DNA of 63,843 bases, the filler included, from Choristocarpus tenellus KU-1152 (taxonomy: Eukaryota; Protista; Phaeophyceae), in assembly GCA_964200185.2 (NCBI GenBank). It is 11 parts of 11 records of this genome, joined end to end, with 100 filler letters (N's around TTAATTAATTAA, not from the genome) between each part and the next. Parts side by side here need not be neighbours in the genome. Positions count along the whole stretch, not along the records: positions 38,709 to 43,455 come from CAXNAD020013227.1; positions 43,556 to 55,824 come from CAXNAD020001901.1; 9 more parts are not named here. One strand, given 5' to 3'. Under the pieces are notes generated by a model. It saw only the letters and a program-made list of their open reading frames with translations, ran no database searches and was not told where the DNA came from. Each line of letters opens with the position of its first letter. Within the stretch, counting starts at the first letter, position 1. This document shows positions 38,609-50,943 of this stretch, one piece after another. A program made the position numbers and the translations under genes.

Positions 38609-38949
38609 NNNNNNNNNNNNNNNNNNNNNNNNNNNNNNNNNNNNNNNNNNNNTTAATTAATTAANNNNNNNNNNNNNNNNNNNNNNNNNNNNNNNNNNNN
38701 NNNNNNNNCCCCCCAGATACTTTGACCTACTATTACTTTGAAGTATAATATACAATACCTACCACTTGAAATATAATAGCACTTCATAGTCGTATTTTGT
38801 AGCATTTTACTACTGTAGTATACTTGAAACTGTATTTGCTTGTCTTGTCGATACCTTCTACTTTCGCACGTTGGGTTAGCATTCATGCCACTCCTTGTTC
38901 TGCTTCCTCTGTTGAATCTTGTCCTGGGGCCACCTCGGCGTCCTTCTGT

Positions 38950-39630
38950 AAAATGTGGAAGAAGCCTTCCCACCTATTTTTGGGTCTCCCGTCTTTTTTT
39001 GGCATGGTGATGAGATATATGTAGGATTGGACAGGTGCATAATCCATTGTATGTCCAACACAGGTGAACTTGTTGGGATAGATTTCTCTGAAATGTGTGA
39101 GTAAGTATTGCCAAGTGGAGAAACAGAACGGGAGAGCAGTTGATTTGGTATGTACATCTATATGGTTGTGAGGGCTGAAACGTATGAACGAATTGTTAGA
39201 GAGAAGCGAATGTACACTGCTACTGTATAACAAAGAAGTCTTGGAAGGGATAGAATTGGCATTGCGGTACACCCTTTGCAAACATACCATACCTACAAAC
39301 CTACATACCTGCATCATACTCAAGGTATATTTTTTCCTACAATAGTATGTTATTTTAAGCTGGAGACACCAAGGAGATGGGTAAGGAGGGGCTTGTTAGA
39401 TTGTTGGGATGCTTCCCGAGGTTCTCACCCTAGGGTGGAGGAATAAGCTAGGTTGGAGGCACAGGAAGGCAGTGGTACAGCATAGCTGGTAGTGAAATAG
39501 TAAATAGATAAATGATTTTCACACTTATGAAAACTGTTACTATTAAAGGGATTTTTCTCACATGTGAATTGTTTTCATTGGTATTTCCCGTCACACACCT
39601 CCAAAATATTGGAGGGCATAATAGTAATAT
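38950..39630 (+). mobile_element. RTE-like LINE 3' portion with terminal stem-loop and TAA-type tail
   Basis: LYGCE motif at ~39160; ends ...TTTCCCGTCACACACCTCCAAAATATTGGAGGGCATAATAGTAAT. Confidence 0.55.
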
Positions 39631-42009
39631 ATATAAACTTATACTACTACTATATCATTATTTATAGAATTCTCTGCCCTCATATAAGTTTGAGATGTAG
39701 TGATATGGTCATGGAGGTTTCATAGAGAGTCAAAGGAATTGAAGAGGTTGACAAGGTTGTATTTTGTGGATCGCGAAAAAGGGAAAAATATGTAATTTCG
39801 ACAATTGCAGAAAGAGCTGTCACTGATTTGTGGTGTCACGACGTGTTTGGAGACGGGGAATATCAATCTTGGGTGCAACACATCAAGGGATAAAATAGTG
39901 TGTGTTGCACAGGGTACAAAAGATGACATAGAAATGGAAATTGTTCAAATCTGCCTACCTCCCAATTGTTTTGGCTCAGAGTGAAATTTACTTATTTTGT
40001 GTTCTATTCATATAGTTAAACTGACGAGTAGAGGATTATCGAAAGTGCTGCCTGATAGTGTGAGATGTGATTGTTAATGGTGCATGTAATCAAGCAAGCA
40101 ATCCATTTGATTCGTGCGGAAATTGACGAGTTTCAAAATGACCCACCATAAAAGGTGTGTATTCAACCTCATCTTGGCGCCTGATCTCAAAGAACATCAC
40201 CCAAAAATATTTGTAAGGAACTTGTGGAAGTTACAGGCAAGTTTTTGGGAAAAGACTGCCAACAACAAGTTGCATGGAAGATGGGGAAGGACTCGATTTC
40301 GCAAGACTAGTGTTATGCTTAGGTTATGTGTGCTGATACAAGGATGCAATGCAGGATAGTGGTTTCATGTACGTTTATCTTTAGTTCGGTACAATACAGG
40401 GTAGTAATGTACATAGTGTTAATGATGAGTCAGTATTTGGAAAAAAGTCAGGAAATGGATGGGTAAGACAATAGTCCATCGGGTAATTGATAAACAGTAC
40501 CTCACGTTAGTACATCCATGATATCGCTAGAAATAAAAGGAGAAAATATACCTTTTTTGGGACCAAAATTTTGGGTAGATGAATTTTATTTAAAAAAAAT
40601 GCGATCGTTTGAATATTCTTTCAAGATTTTTTTCTTGTTTTTTTACAAATTGAAATGCATTTTTACGATGTTGTACTATTTCGCCATTATTTATAGCATT
40701 TAGAAAAAAGCTTACTTGTTGAACAAGCTGCTTGCCATTTTCTATTTGTAATGCTGTCATGGCGACAAGCCTTTCCTGCGCTAAGCTATTCGACACATAA
40801 CTCAACTTCAACCACCCCCAGGGCTCTGAAAATTGTAGTAGAGGGGGATCTCGTACAAGGAAGAAAATGGAATGGATCAAGCACCCCCACTTTTTCAGTT
40901 ATGTTGAATCAAGGAGGCTAATAACCCAGCTACAAGTACGGCATGAACTACGTGGAGTGCACCTCCACGGCTCAAGGTAGTGAATTCGTTGGGTGGGTGT
41001 TCTGCTCTGAGTGTGGTAAAATCCCAAGCCCCTTCCTTGAGAATCGTTCCATGCCTCTCGTCCCCCATTTCAGGGATCATTATCTTGAGCTGGAAGTGGT
41101 TAGATGGACCAGTGAACAAGACCTATGCTACCGTACATGAGTACACGAGGAAGCGTACCACGCTGGTAAGTGCGCGATTCAGCGTCAGGTCTTGGTGATT
41201 TCTGTTTGGGCGTTGGATTCAGTACTACCTCAGTCGTTGGTCCGTCTCTTCCCTCGAATCTGGTCTATACTCTCTCCTTCATTTAATCTTCTCCTCCACG
41301 ATCCAGATTTCGGAGTCCGTTTTTGTGGTTTACCAGAAGATAGTTAAGGTAGAGATGTACCTGTACAATGTACTGATGACACAGACAAGTAGTCCATAAA
41401 ATAAATCTCCAAAGAACAAAATCTGTTTGAGTGGATGGTTGGAAAGGGTGTTTGTATGACTTAATATGTAAAACTAGACTACATACACCTTCCATCTCAA
41501 CCCAATCTCGAGAAATTATTGAGGTCTACCAATATAAACATAGAATAGATTTAAGACTATCCATTATTGTGTTCAATCTCTATTACAAATCTATTGAGGT
41601 AGTCTGGATAAAAATAGTAGTGGTTGAGATATTTCGACGTCTGCGTTTTGTAATGTTCGAAGGAGGTTATGTCAAAATCCATTGTTCCTAAGAACCTATA
41701 GAAGAGAAGGAAACCGCTATGAACAGGTTTTACTACAATATTATTGGTTTGAACACATCGTTTGATCATGAAAGAAGGTAACACCAAAAAAAATAGTTTG
41801 TGTATCAAAAATCAACAACTCCTCCCAAAAAACCCAACACAACTGTAGTTTGTACCTACATCATATATAGTTGTTGATCGTGAGTGTATAGGTTCGACCA
41901 TCTTTCCGCTTCATCACGGACAGCGAGAACGTTGCTAACAAGAGTGTATTTGCAGAGAAGGGCGAGGAGTGACTATAGGACAGAAATACCGAGGTTGTGA
42001 GTCTATACG

Positions 42010-43063
42010 ATGTTGTTATCTGATGCTCTCAAGTGTGAGCTTGCCTTGCTGCTGGTCTTCTCGGCGGTGATGGTATGGTACCACCGCGCTCCTGCTGTAC
42101 CGATTGGGATCAGTGTCATAGTCTTCATGTCGTGGTTCCTGGGTTTCATTGGGACGCTGCTCCTACCGGCCGATATTTCAGACACTTTGATACACAGGGC
42201 GCACAGGTAGGGAATGCTGATTGACTTTCGCATTGTTGTTTTGTCCGCAACATTTTTTACCCTGTTACTCGGGATATTTGGTGTAGGTTTCGATCGTGAA
42301 CGCCAATATCCACCGATGATTGTACTCCTTGCAAGAATATTAATTGACGTTTTCCCCCCAACCCCTTCCAGCTTGTGGTTATTAGATGCATGGTACACTG
42401 TGTACTGGAGCACATTCTTTCTCGCCTGGGTGGTCATCCCCATTCTAGCAGAAGCATGGCAGGCTGGGGAGCTGACTTGGAAGGAACGACTTCAGTCGGC
42501 CGTACGGAAAAGCCTCCGACACTATCTGGGCATCGGTGTGGGATTTATTCTGTTCGTAGTATATCTCGTCTGCAGGTTAGAAATTACTACATGTTATCAC
42601 AGTCACAGACTTGGCATGGCAGATGTTGTGTAGACTGCAAATGTAGTTTTCTCCGCACATGTCGGCACGTCTCATACCGTCCACACCGTTTGTCGAACTT
42701 TGCGCCAGTGACCCATAAACTCTCGTGGGTTACAAATTCTGACTACTTTCCTAACCCCCCTACCCACGAGAATGTCCACAGTAGTCCAACCCCTTGTCCT
42801 GAATCTTCGAAGCATCGCAGTCTTTTGTCAACGTCCGGCTGTCCCCGTTTCCTAATTCCTTACGCGTAAATTCGACTTTGAAAATCAGTGAACAAACAAG
42901 CCTAACAACTGTGAGCGGTTTCCTCATGGCGTGGGGGAACACCTATGGCCTACTGCTCATAGTTCTTCTTCTGGGTCATGGCCTGATCGAGTTGCCCCGT
43001 GAACTGTGGCAGACCAGTTTTCCCGAGTTGGACCTCCACCGCGTCTATTACTCTGCTCCACAG
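42010..43063 (+). CDS. LMBR1-domain membrane protein (LMBRD2-like), first three exons; remainder beyond the contig end
   Basis: Exons 42010-42206, 42372-42575 and 42889-43063, with GT-AG introns and consistent phases. Motifs LLLPADIS, WYTVYWSTFFLAWVVIP and FLMAWGNTYGLLLIVLLLGHGLIELPRELW. Confidence 0.9.
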
Positions 43064-43555
43064 GTGAGAAAAAGAGACTAAAAAACACCTGTGGCGGATT
43101 GTGTACCACGACAAGTAATGTTACAGTAATATTAACTCACCAGGCGTCGAGATCCTGATATTCCAGCTCTTTGAAGGTCTATGGGAGCTGTGACTTGGTA
43201 TAAGGATATTGGCTTCGTCACATACGCCGCATTTACTTGTGACGTGCGAAGTACAAGAGGAGCTGCAAAGTCATTCCGTACTAGGGACCAATGGTATTTG
43301 GATACTAGCGGTGGCAGTTTGGGTGCTAGAGGTGGGATTGGGGTTAGGACTAGTGTTGATTAGGGCAAGGTGCTACTGTGTGGTCAACCTCCTTATCAGT
43401 GATGAAGGTTTCTGTTCTAAAGTCATTGGCTAAGGGGCCATACACTCCTGTGCGGNNNNNNNNNNNNNNNNNNNNNNNNNNNNNNNNNNNNNNNNNNNNT
43501 TAATTAATTAANNNNNNNNNNNNNNNNNNNNNNNNNNNNNNNNNNNNNNNNNNNN

Positions 43556-43965
43556 CTAGTTCCCCCCCTCGGGGCGCAGGAGTAGGTAGATGGAAAGCAC
43601 AGGAAGGCAGTAGTACAATATTGATAGTGGTGAAGTAACTGATAGATTAATGGTTTTCACACTTACAATGTTTTGTCATGTTTTTCACATTTATGATATT
43701 TGATTTCTTTAGGTCTTCTACTGACATATCTATAGTTTTCATTGGTTTTCCCCCTGACACATCTGCAAAATGTCAGAGGGCATAGTAATAAAAAAAAAAG
43801 TTATTTTATTATTATGCCCTCTGACATTTTGCAGATGTGTCAGGGGGAAGACCAATGCCTCGGTTACGGTTCGCCTTTGTTCGTCTGGTCCATCTTGCCT
43901 GGTGATTCTCTTCGCCACCCTTCCCTCAGTGAACCACGCCACGACAAAATCATACGATTCACAGT
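43556..43965. mobile_element. Two RTE-like LINE 3' ends tail-to-tail plus an inverted internal fragment
   Basis: 43740-43794 and 43804-43857 are ~54-bp inverted arms with 2 mismatches; 43858-43965 matches LINE internal sequence at 37215-37325. Confidence 0.75.
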
Positions 43966-44429
43966 ATATATATATAAATAGTAATACAATGTATGTATTT
44001 TCTGACCTGGAACCTTGGAAGGCCTTTTCTTGCTTAGTGGTACACCATAACATTCGCCACACATATTCCTCCTTCACCCTCTATTCTCCATGGCACTACA
44101 TTCTGTGAGAATTACAGGCTTGCCTGGTTTGCTTGTCTCTCACGCTAGAGTAGCGTGTTGCCGCATCGACGTTTGTTCTCCTTCTCTTACTTAGCAACAT
44201 TCGATGCATAATCTGTTTTGTTTGCAGGTCTATAAACTGCCTTGCCTGATCACCATTACCGCCACCCGAAAAGCCTGCACTAGAGTAACTTTCCACTTTC
44301 TTTTGTATCAATCCTGTACAAGGAGGTTATAGTGACGGTTCGGTTTACAGTAGCATACCACCCCTCCTCTGTTTCCAGCGGTCGACCGTTTGCTCTTTGC
44401 CACCTTTTTTGAAATTTCTGTATATCCAG

Positions 44430-47400
44430 GTCTTTTCTGCGGGGATTCGTTGCCACCAAAAGACAGCCTGGGTTCCCTTAAATCACTATCGAAAGCTCGG
44501 CACTGTTCATTCCGTGAGATACTTAAGCGTGCGAACCCCCTCGCATCCTGACAATGGCGATGTGAATAAGGACAAGGTCGGGCAACTACTCTATGAGGGA
44601 AGCCTGACTGCACCGATCAAATCCCTAAAGCGGTAAGGTCTGATATATTCGACATGGTGGTCAGACCATGCTGATATCGTAGTCAATGTAAGATGTAGGG
44701 ACAGCTGCTTAGCGTCTTTTGTTTGTCACTGTTGCTGTAATTTGTTGACGGTCTCCAAAATTTATCAATCGCATATTAGCCTTTTTCCTCGCAGGAGAAA
44801 TTAGTATCACTCACCCATCTGTCAGGTGCGCACGGACAATGCTCACAAGGGTAGCGATAAAACAAGAGGGTGTACAAGGAATGAATCCTCAATAGCTCGA
44901 TCCAGGTTTCCGTAGAATATCGCCTGCAGAATGTCGAATATTTTCCTGCCCCAATCACTACATCAACCGACATAATGCAGGGTATCGATCACAACATGTG
45001 CGCTGAGCCTGGTTGGGATGCCTACGCTCCTCTTCCTTGGCAATAACAACATGCCCTTGACGGGGCAGGTGGCCGTTGCTGGCACTGCTATGGCCGCAGC
45101 TGTGGGTTCCACTATCCTGCTAAATGCCTGTGTCAGACCTTACGTACACGCATTGTCAGAGGTAAGCCATTTCATCTCTTCTAACAGGTTTTGTTCCCAC
45201 TTGCTATTGTGGCGATGTCTAGTCAAGTTTCTACTTGACAGTAAATTAGTGTGTGATCATTGATACTGGGATAAAATGAGGAACAAGGACCATGGCACCG
45301 ATGGAGGTCGCACAAAATGCCGATGCAGGTAAGCTGTGAATGCTTACAGACAAAACTGTTTCATCAAAATTGTGTGTGCTCCTTTGAAAAGAGCTATCCT
45401 GACAGGCAGTTTCTGTATGTTTCCCAACAAATGTATTGTAGGTGCTAATCACTACTACGACATGGAGATGGAAATTGGTCTATGTCTTCAAGTGATTTGT
45501 ACGTATTTTTGGGGGCGAGAAGTGTGCATGAATCAAGAATCTTACATCTAGATTAAGATTTCATGGAGTATATGGGTTATGCATGATTGGTGTTTCAAGT
45601 AAATTGGCCACAGGTGACTATGTACTTTTTCATGTTATAATATACTAGGATTAGTATATTATTCCTTTCTTTATATGTCGCCAGACCTCTTTTGAGGTAT
45701 AGTGAATTTCACATACTTACAGTTGGATTGACTTGAAGGTGGTCGGTCACCCTTTCACTCTTTTGCTGTGACGTCATCCCCCTTGCTTACATGAGGTACC
45801 ATACCTTCATGTGCCCCATAAGAAATTCTGATTGGCCTCCTCAGTACCTTACTCGATTCCTGGTCTATTTTCCTACAGATCTTCCCAATAGATGGTGTCA
45901 ACAAGGGAGTAACAAAAGGAGAAGAGTCTGGTGAGAATGTGGGGGAGGGGGGCGAAGAGGGAACAAAGAGAGATGGAGCAGACACCAGCAGGCGTTTCCG
46001 TGCGGAGGGGCTGGATCTCTTGAGTCGTCCAGTGGTCTCTGAGTTTCAGTTGGACGAGGTGAGTCTGTTGGATGCCTGCTAGATGATGATTGCCACCTTG
46101 TTTAGGGTGATTTGCTGTTGGGGTAGGATAGTATGTTGTATTTTGTAGACTTCTGGTTGGCCTCTTTGTATTTGCTTAGGTTCTTCTGTTGTTTTTGTCT
46201 AGAGAGTCGTCCACTCTGTGCCTCTCTCTTGTGTGCTTGTGAGGGTGTGTGATGTTAGACGTTGTCCGTGTATGTGAGCCTATGTTTTGCTTGATTGTAG
46301 TATGTGAAATTGTTGATGTTGCTGTGTTGGGGATCCCTGAGATTGTTTTTGGGTATTTCTTTTTTTTGTCTTTCACGTAAGCCCCTACCTGTTATCCGAG
46401 GCTGAGTGAGAAATACACTTCACCTACACTTTATTTAAGAAAAATTATACCACATTTATGGTCCTTGGGGCTAGACATTTCAACAAGAGAACGAGTGCAT
46501 CCAACTATGACCTGATGCAGATAGATCTACATGAGTGCCACTCACGTGAGGCAAAACCTGGAGTAAAGTGTGCAGCTTGAGACGGCGTGTTGGGTGGGCT
46601 ATAGCTTCTCTGTCACGTAAACATTGGGGCGTGTCCTTGTCTTCCTGTAACTCTGGTGTGAGAGTCAGAGTCTCTTGGAGGGTAGAGCTGCGTCCGTTGG
46701 AGGCCAAAATCTGTGCAATATAGGCTAGGTAGTCTATAGAGTCTTATGTGTTTAGTGACCAGCACTAAACAATAGAAGTGTTGACTCAGTAGAGTGCGTG
46801 TCAAGGACTTGTTTCCATATGTTTAGAGTAACAGGTTTGAGTCTCGATGAATTGAGTTTTTTATTTCTATTTAATATAAGTGACTGACGTAGTGTAACTG
46901 TCACAAACATATTTCTGACGTGTTTGCTGACGTATGCATTAGATAACGAGGGAGAGCACCCCCCCACCTCGAGGGTAGTGCTCACTCCGCTATGAAACAC
47001 ATCCATACCACATAAAGCAATGACTCTATTGGAAGAACTCTCTTTTGCATAGTTTATTAGCCTCAGTGGTATGGAAGCAGACCCCCGTAAGCTGCCATTA
47101 TGGAGTGGAGCGCGAGGACATACATGGGAGAAGTGGGCGGAATGGCGGATGGCGCTGGTAAGCTATGCAGGAGGCAAGGGTCTGTACTGGATCCTCCAAC
47201 CAGATTACCACATTCCTGCACCTCCCATGGCTGATCCATTGTTTGGGGAGCGCAGCGAGTACGACGAGTACGTCAAACATTGTGAGGCCTTATGGTTCCT
47301 TTTGGGCCAGGCCACGAGGGGAGCTGCAGCGATGGTGATCAGCTCTCATGAGAATAACGGCAGCCCTGATGGGAGGGCTGCCTGGCTCGAATTAAAGCAA

Positions 47401-50400
47401 ATTTATGGAGGGCGCGCTGCAGCTCAGCGGCGCATGCAGCTCATTGCTCTAGAAATGAAGCTTCGCGATATGTACTGTTCGTCGGTGGAGGACACTGCAG
47501 ATTTCGTCATTCGCCTTGATCACATCTGGACAGCGTACGAGTAACTGGATGCAGCTAAGGAGGATCACGCAAAGGAGCTTTAATCATAGGCATCAGGGAA
47601 AGTATGCCACAAGTGTTTGCGCAGCTGTCAACTTCTCCAGAGCTCACTTACGATCAATTGAAAAACGCCATCATCTCTTCCTCATCTTAAATGACCACAG
47701 AGGTCACAGGAGACACAACTAGGAGCTCGGGGGCTATGGCGCTCCACACAGGAGCAGAAAATGAGAAAGGAAGAAAAGGGTCCAAGAGAGTCTCCGATTC
47801 AAATCAATGTGCCTTCTGTTTGAGATATCATCACTGGTGGCGAGAATGCCACTCATACTTGACTGGCCAACCTCCTGCTAAACGCCCCCAGGGGATGCCG
47901 AAGCCAAGATTTCCCCCACCACCAACCAGGGAAAGGAGCAGTGGTGGCAGAGGCGGAGACAATGCTGATCGCCAGGGCTCATCGTGAGCATTCCTGGCCA
48001 TGAATGTGTCTGTGGGGGAGGATGTATACAACAGGCTGGTCGAGGCAGTGCTCCTGTCCTCATGTCAAGATTTGTCCACGACCATTAGCCTACTCTGCGA
48101 CTCAGGTGCAAACGTACATCTTACCCCTCGACTGCAGGTCCTAACCGCGGCCACAGCCATAAAACATACCTGCACATTTGGCAACAAAGGTACATCAAAT
48201 GCACGAGTTATTGGCGAGATGGTCCTGGAGGAAACCAACGTGACTGGCTCGCCAACAAAGATTGTACTCCAGGACGTACTCTGGGTACCAAGTCTGCCAT
48301 GCAGACTTATTAGCACAGGAAGTTTGCGGTGCAAGGGAGGTGAATTTTTTAGACTCTGGAATCAGGAGGAGTTACATCAAACCTAACAAGATGGTAGCCA
48401 AAATCTATTTGGAGGAGAAGGGAGCCTTCCTGATGCTGAGGGCCTAATTCCAGGTAGACAAAGGAAAGAACGGTCAGGCAAAAGTTAATGCTAGCTATGC
48501 CAACAAGCAACAGCGTCTCTCCCTCTTTGACTGGCATAAAATCATGGGGCACCTCAACCCCTTCGCCATAAAACACCTGGAGAAACGAGGTCTCCTGCAA
48601 ATCTCAGATACTACAGTCGCCTCCGAGCTTCACTGCAAGGTATGCAAGGAGTGCAAGTCCGAGGCACTCAGTTCCGCACAGGGTGGCCGCAGTTCCAAGA
48701 CTGTTGGGAAGGTGGTACACACAGACATGGAGGGACCCTTTGATCTGGACGTGACGGGCATGAAATATTTCCAGGTGTTTGTGGATGAGGCTAGCAGGGA
48801 GAAGCGTGTGATAGGTCGGCGTACCAAGGACGCCGCTACAGTGGCCACTGTTGCCTACATAGACAAAATGGCTCGAGATGGGGTGGTAGTGAAATGCATT
48901 AGTGGGGATGGCTCTGGTGAGTTTGGGAGGGGCGTAAGTTTCCAACACCTGTTAACAGAGCGAGGCGTAAAATGGCGCAAGAGCCCCCCACGCACACCTC
49001 AGAGCAACGGTATTGCTGAGTGAGCAATCAAACAAGTGATGCAAGTGGCGCGCAGCTAACTAGTTCAAGCTGGACTGGGGGAGGAGTTCTGGCTCTTCGC
49101 GGTAGCAGATGCCACATTTAAAACCACAGGCATGCCACAGGAGTACCTGGTTGGTGAAACACCATATGAGCGCCTGAGTAACAAGCCATTCAACTACAAT
49201 CGACTCCGTGTGTTCGGGACGGAGTGCTTTGTACACCAGACCAAGCAACAGCGCGTCACTAATGCCAAATTTCGTCCATGTGCAAAGAGGGGGATACTTC
49301 TTGGACACGATAGAGCATCACTGTGCTGGTATGTGTGGATTCCACAAGAAGGTAAGCTGGTAACCTCAGCACAGGTCAAGTTCCAACCTGAAGCTCAACT
49401 GTTGGAACTGGTGGGGGAACCTGAACTAGACATACTGGAGGAGTCTGATGAAGACATGGATACACAAGATGAAGAAGAGGCTTCCACAACAGGAAGCGAG
49501 GCAGATATGACTGGGAGTAAGAGTCAATATATTGGACGTGGGGCTCAATATGCAAAGCACCCAGCTTCCTCAGAGCCAAGAAATTCCCAGGATGGGACAA
49601 AGACAGCACATGGATAGGACAGCACAAAATAGTGGCAAAGTGCTTGGCTCCACACTCTGAGCGACGGAGATCTGCCAGGCTGGAGCAGCGCCGACGGCTA
49701 GCCTACACATCTCATCTGTGTGACCAGGAAGATGATGAAGAAACAGAAATGAACCACTTCGTATCAACTCTCATGCAGCAAAACAATGACGTTGCGATTT
49801 TGATGTAATTTTGGCTATTGTGTTTGTTAGGAAGTGTCAATATCCTTGTTCCAGATACACCTTTTTTCATAGCTTACACATTTGACCTACTCCAAAACAT
49901 TTTGGGGTAAGACAAGGTCATAAAAACCCGTGGGAAACAAAGCCCCAAATGGACAAACAGTGCAAAACTTGTACCCTCTAAGATACTTTCACTCTTAACA
50001 AGAAAAAACTGGGGGTGAGAACGTTTTGTGTACTGCCTCCTGTCTATTGCAATCTGCCCTGAACAACACCCACTTTGGCTACTACAATGTTATGAATATT
50101 GGTCGGGTTCTCAGGAAAGTGGCATGAGGGAGTGGGTGGTGCACTTGTACATGAATGATTCCATCCCTGGCTTTCTACAACTTGAAGTTTGTGTAATTTT
50201 TTGTTATGTATCATCATGATCGGTTTAGTTACAGGATAACTCGTAGTTAGCATACCCTAGTAACTAGGTTTTGAAGGACTTCAACGGAGATATTAGGTTG
50301 ATATGAATCCATACAGAGTAGGGTAGGTACCTTGTCACCTTCAATAGTTCACAGGCACCAAGTCCTTTCCTTGAAGTTCTCACCTGTTCTGAATGTCGAC

Positions 50401-50943
50401 CTCTCAGACCAGGAATTTAAAACAGACTTCCTGGACCACTAGAGTATCTGTCAACATAGACATGTGCATCTCAGTATATTGTGATGCATCAATATGGTAT
50501 TGAAATTGACCTGATTTCAAACTCCTTGTGAAATTGGTTGTCATTGTCTCTGTCCAATGCATTACACTCCCAATTACTCCGATGTGTTGTTCGTACTATC
50601 TCATTGCTGTCTTTCACTTTTATGGAGTAACCTGTTGTGACTGCATACAGACCTTCCCATTCACACCACCCTTGCCATTTGTTCTACTTCCTAAGCTAGA
50701 TGATGAAGTGCGTGCTGACTAGTGATCAGCCATTTGAATTATCTTTCCACACTGTGGCCTGTTTATTGATCATTGCCTTGCTGTTTGGGGGAGGAGCAGG
50801 TGGAGCCACAGCCAAATGCTATGCGACCATTCGTCTCCTTCCAAGCAAAGGGAAATTATTACTACATACAGGGGGAGTCCTTCAAGGACAAGGGACTGCT
50901 GAGGCAACTGTTGGGAAGGCCATTAAAAGAGTCAGAAAAATAA
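44430..50943 (+). CDS. TMEM70: TMEM70-family mitochondrial ATP synthase assembly factor
   Basis: Exons 44430-44632, 44981-45161, 45879-46058 and 50800-50943 (stop TAA) splice in frame: LLYEGSLTAPIKSLKRVSITTCALSL...STILLNACVRPYVHAL...FRAEGLDLLSRPVVSEFQLDEVEPQPNAMRPFVSFQAKGNYYYI. First exon unresolved (candidate ATG at 44090). Confidence 0.8.
46662..46711. mobile_element. MITE family B, left part (split by Copia)
   Basis: GAGTCAGAGTCTCTTGGAGGGTAGAGCTGCGTCCGTTGGAGGCCAAAATC matches the first ~50 bp of family B. Confidence 0.7.
46712..49789 (+). mobile_element. Ty1/Copia LTR retrotransposon, 3'-truncated (gag, protease, integrase; no RT or RNase H)
   Basis: Gag with DGRAAWLELKQIY; CCHC knuckle CAFCLRYHHWWREC; protease LCDSGANVHLT; WHKIMGHLN..CKVC; integrase VHTDMEGP, FVDEAS, DGSGEF, PPRTPQSNGIAE*; LRVFGTECFVH. 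Few stops and frameshifts. Begins with TG at 46712. Confidence 0.93.
49790..49994. mobile_element. MITE family B, right part (split by Copia)
   Basis: GTTGCGATTTTGATGTAATTTTGG...TACCCTCTAAGATACTTTCACTC resumes within a few bases of where the left part stops. Confidence 0.85.

Noticed and set aside
40943-41140. CSECG as a Fanzor/TnpB zinc finger
   Set aside because: No RuvC motifs and no second CxxC; no Fanzor-like ORF was found anywhere in the window.
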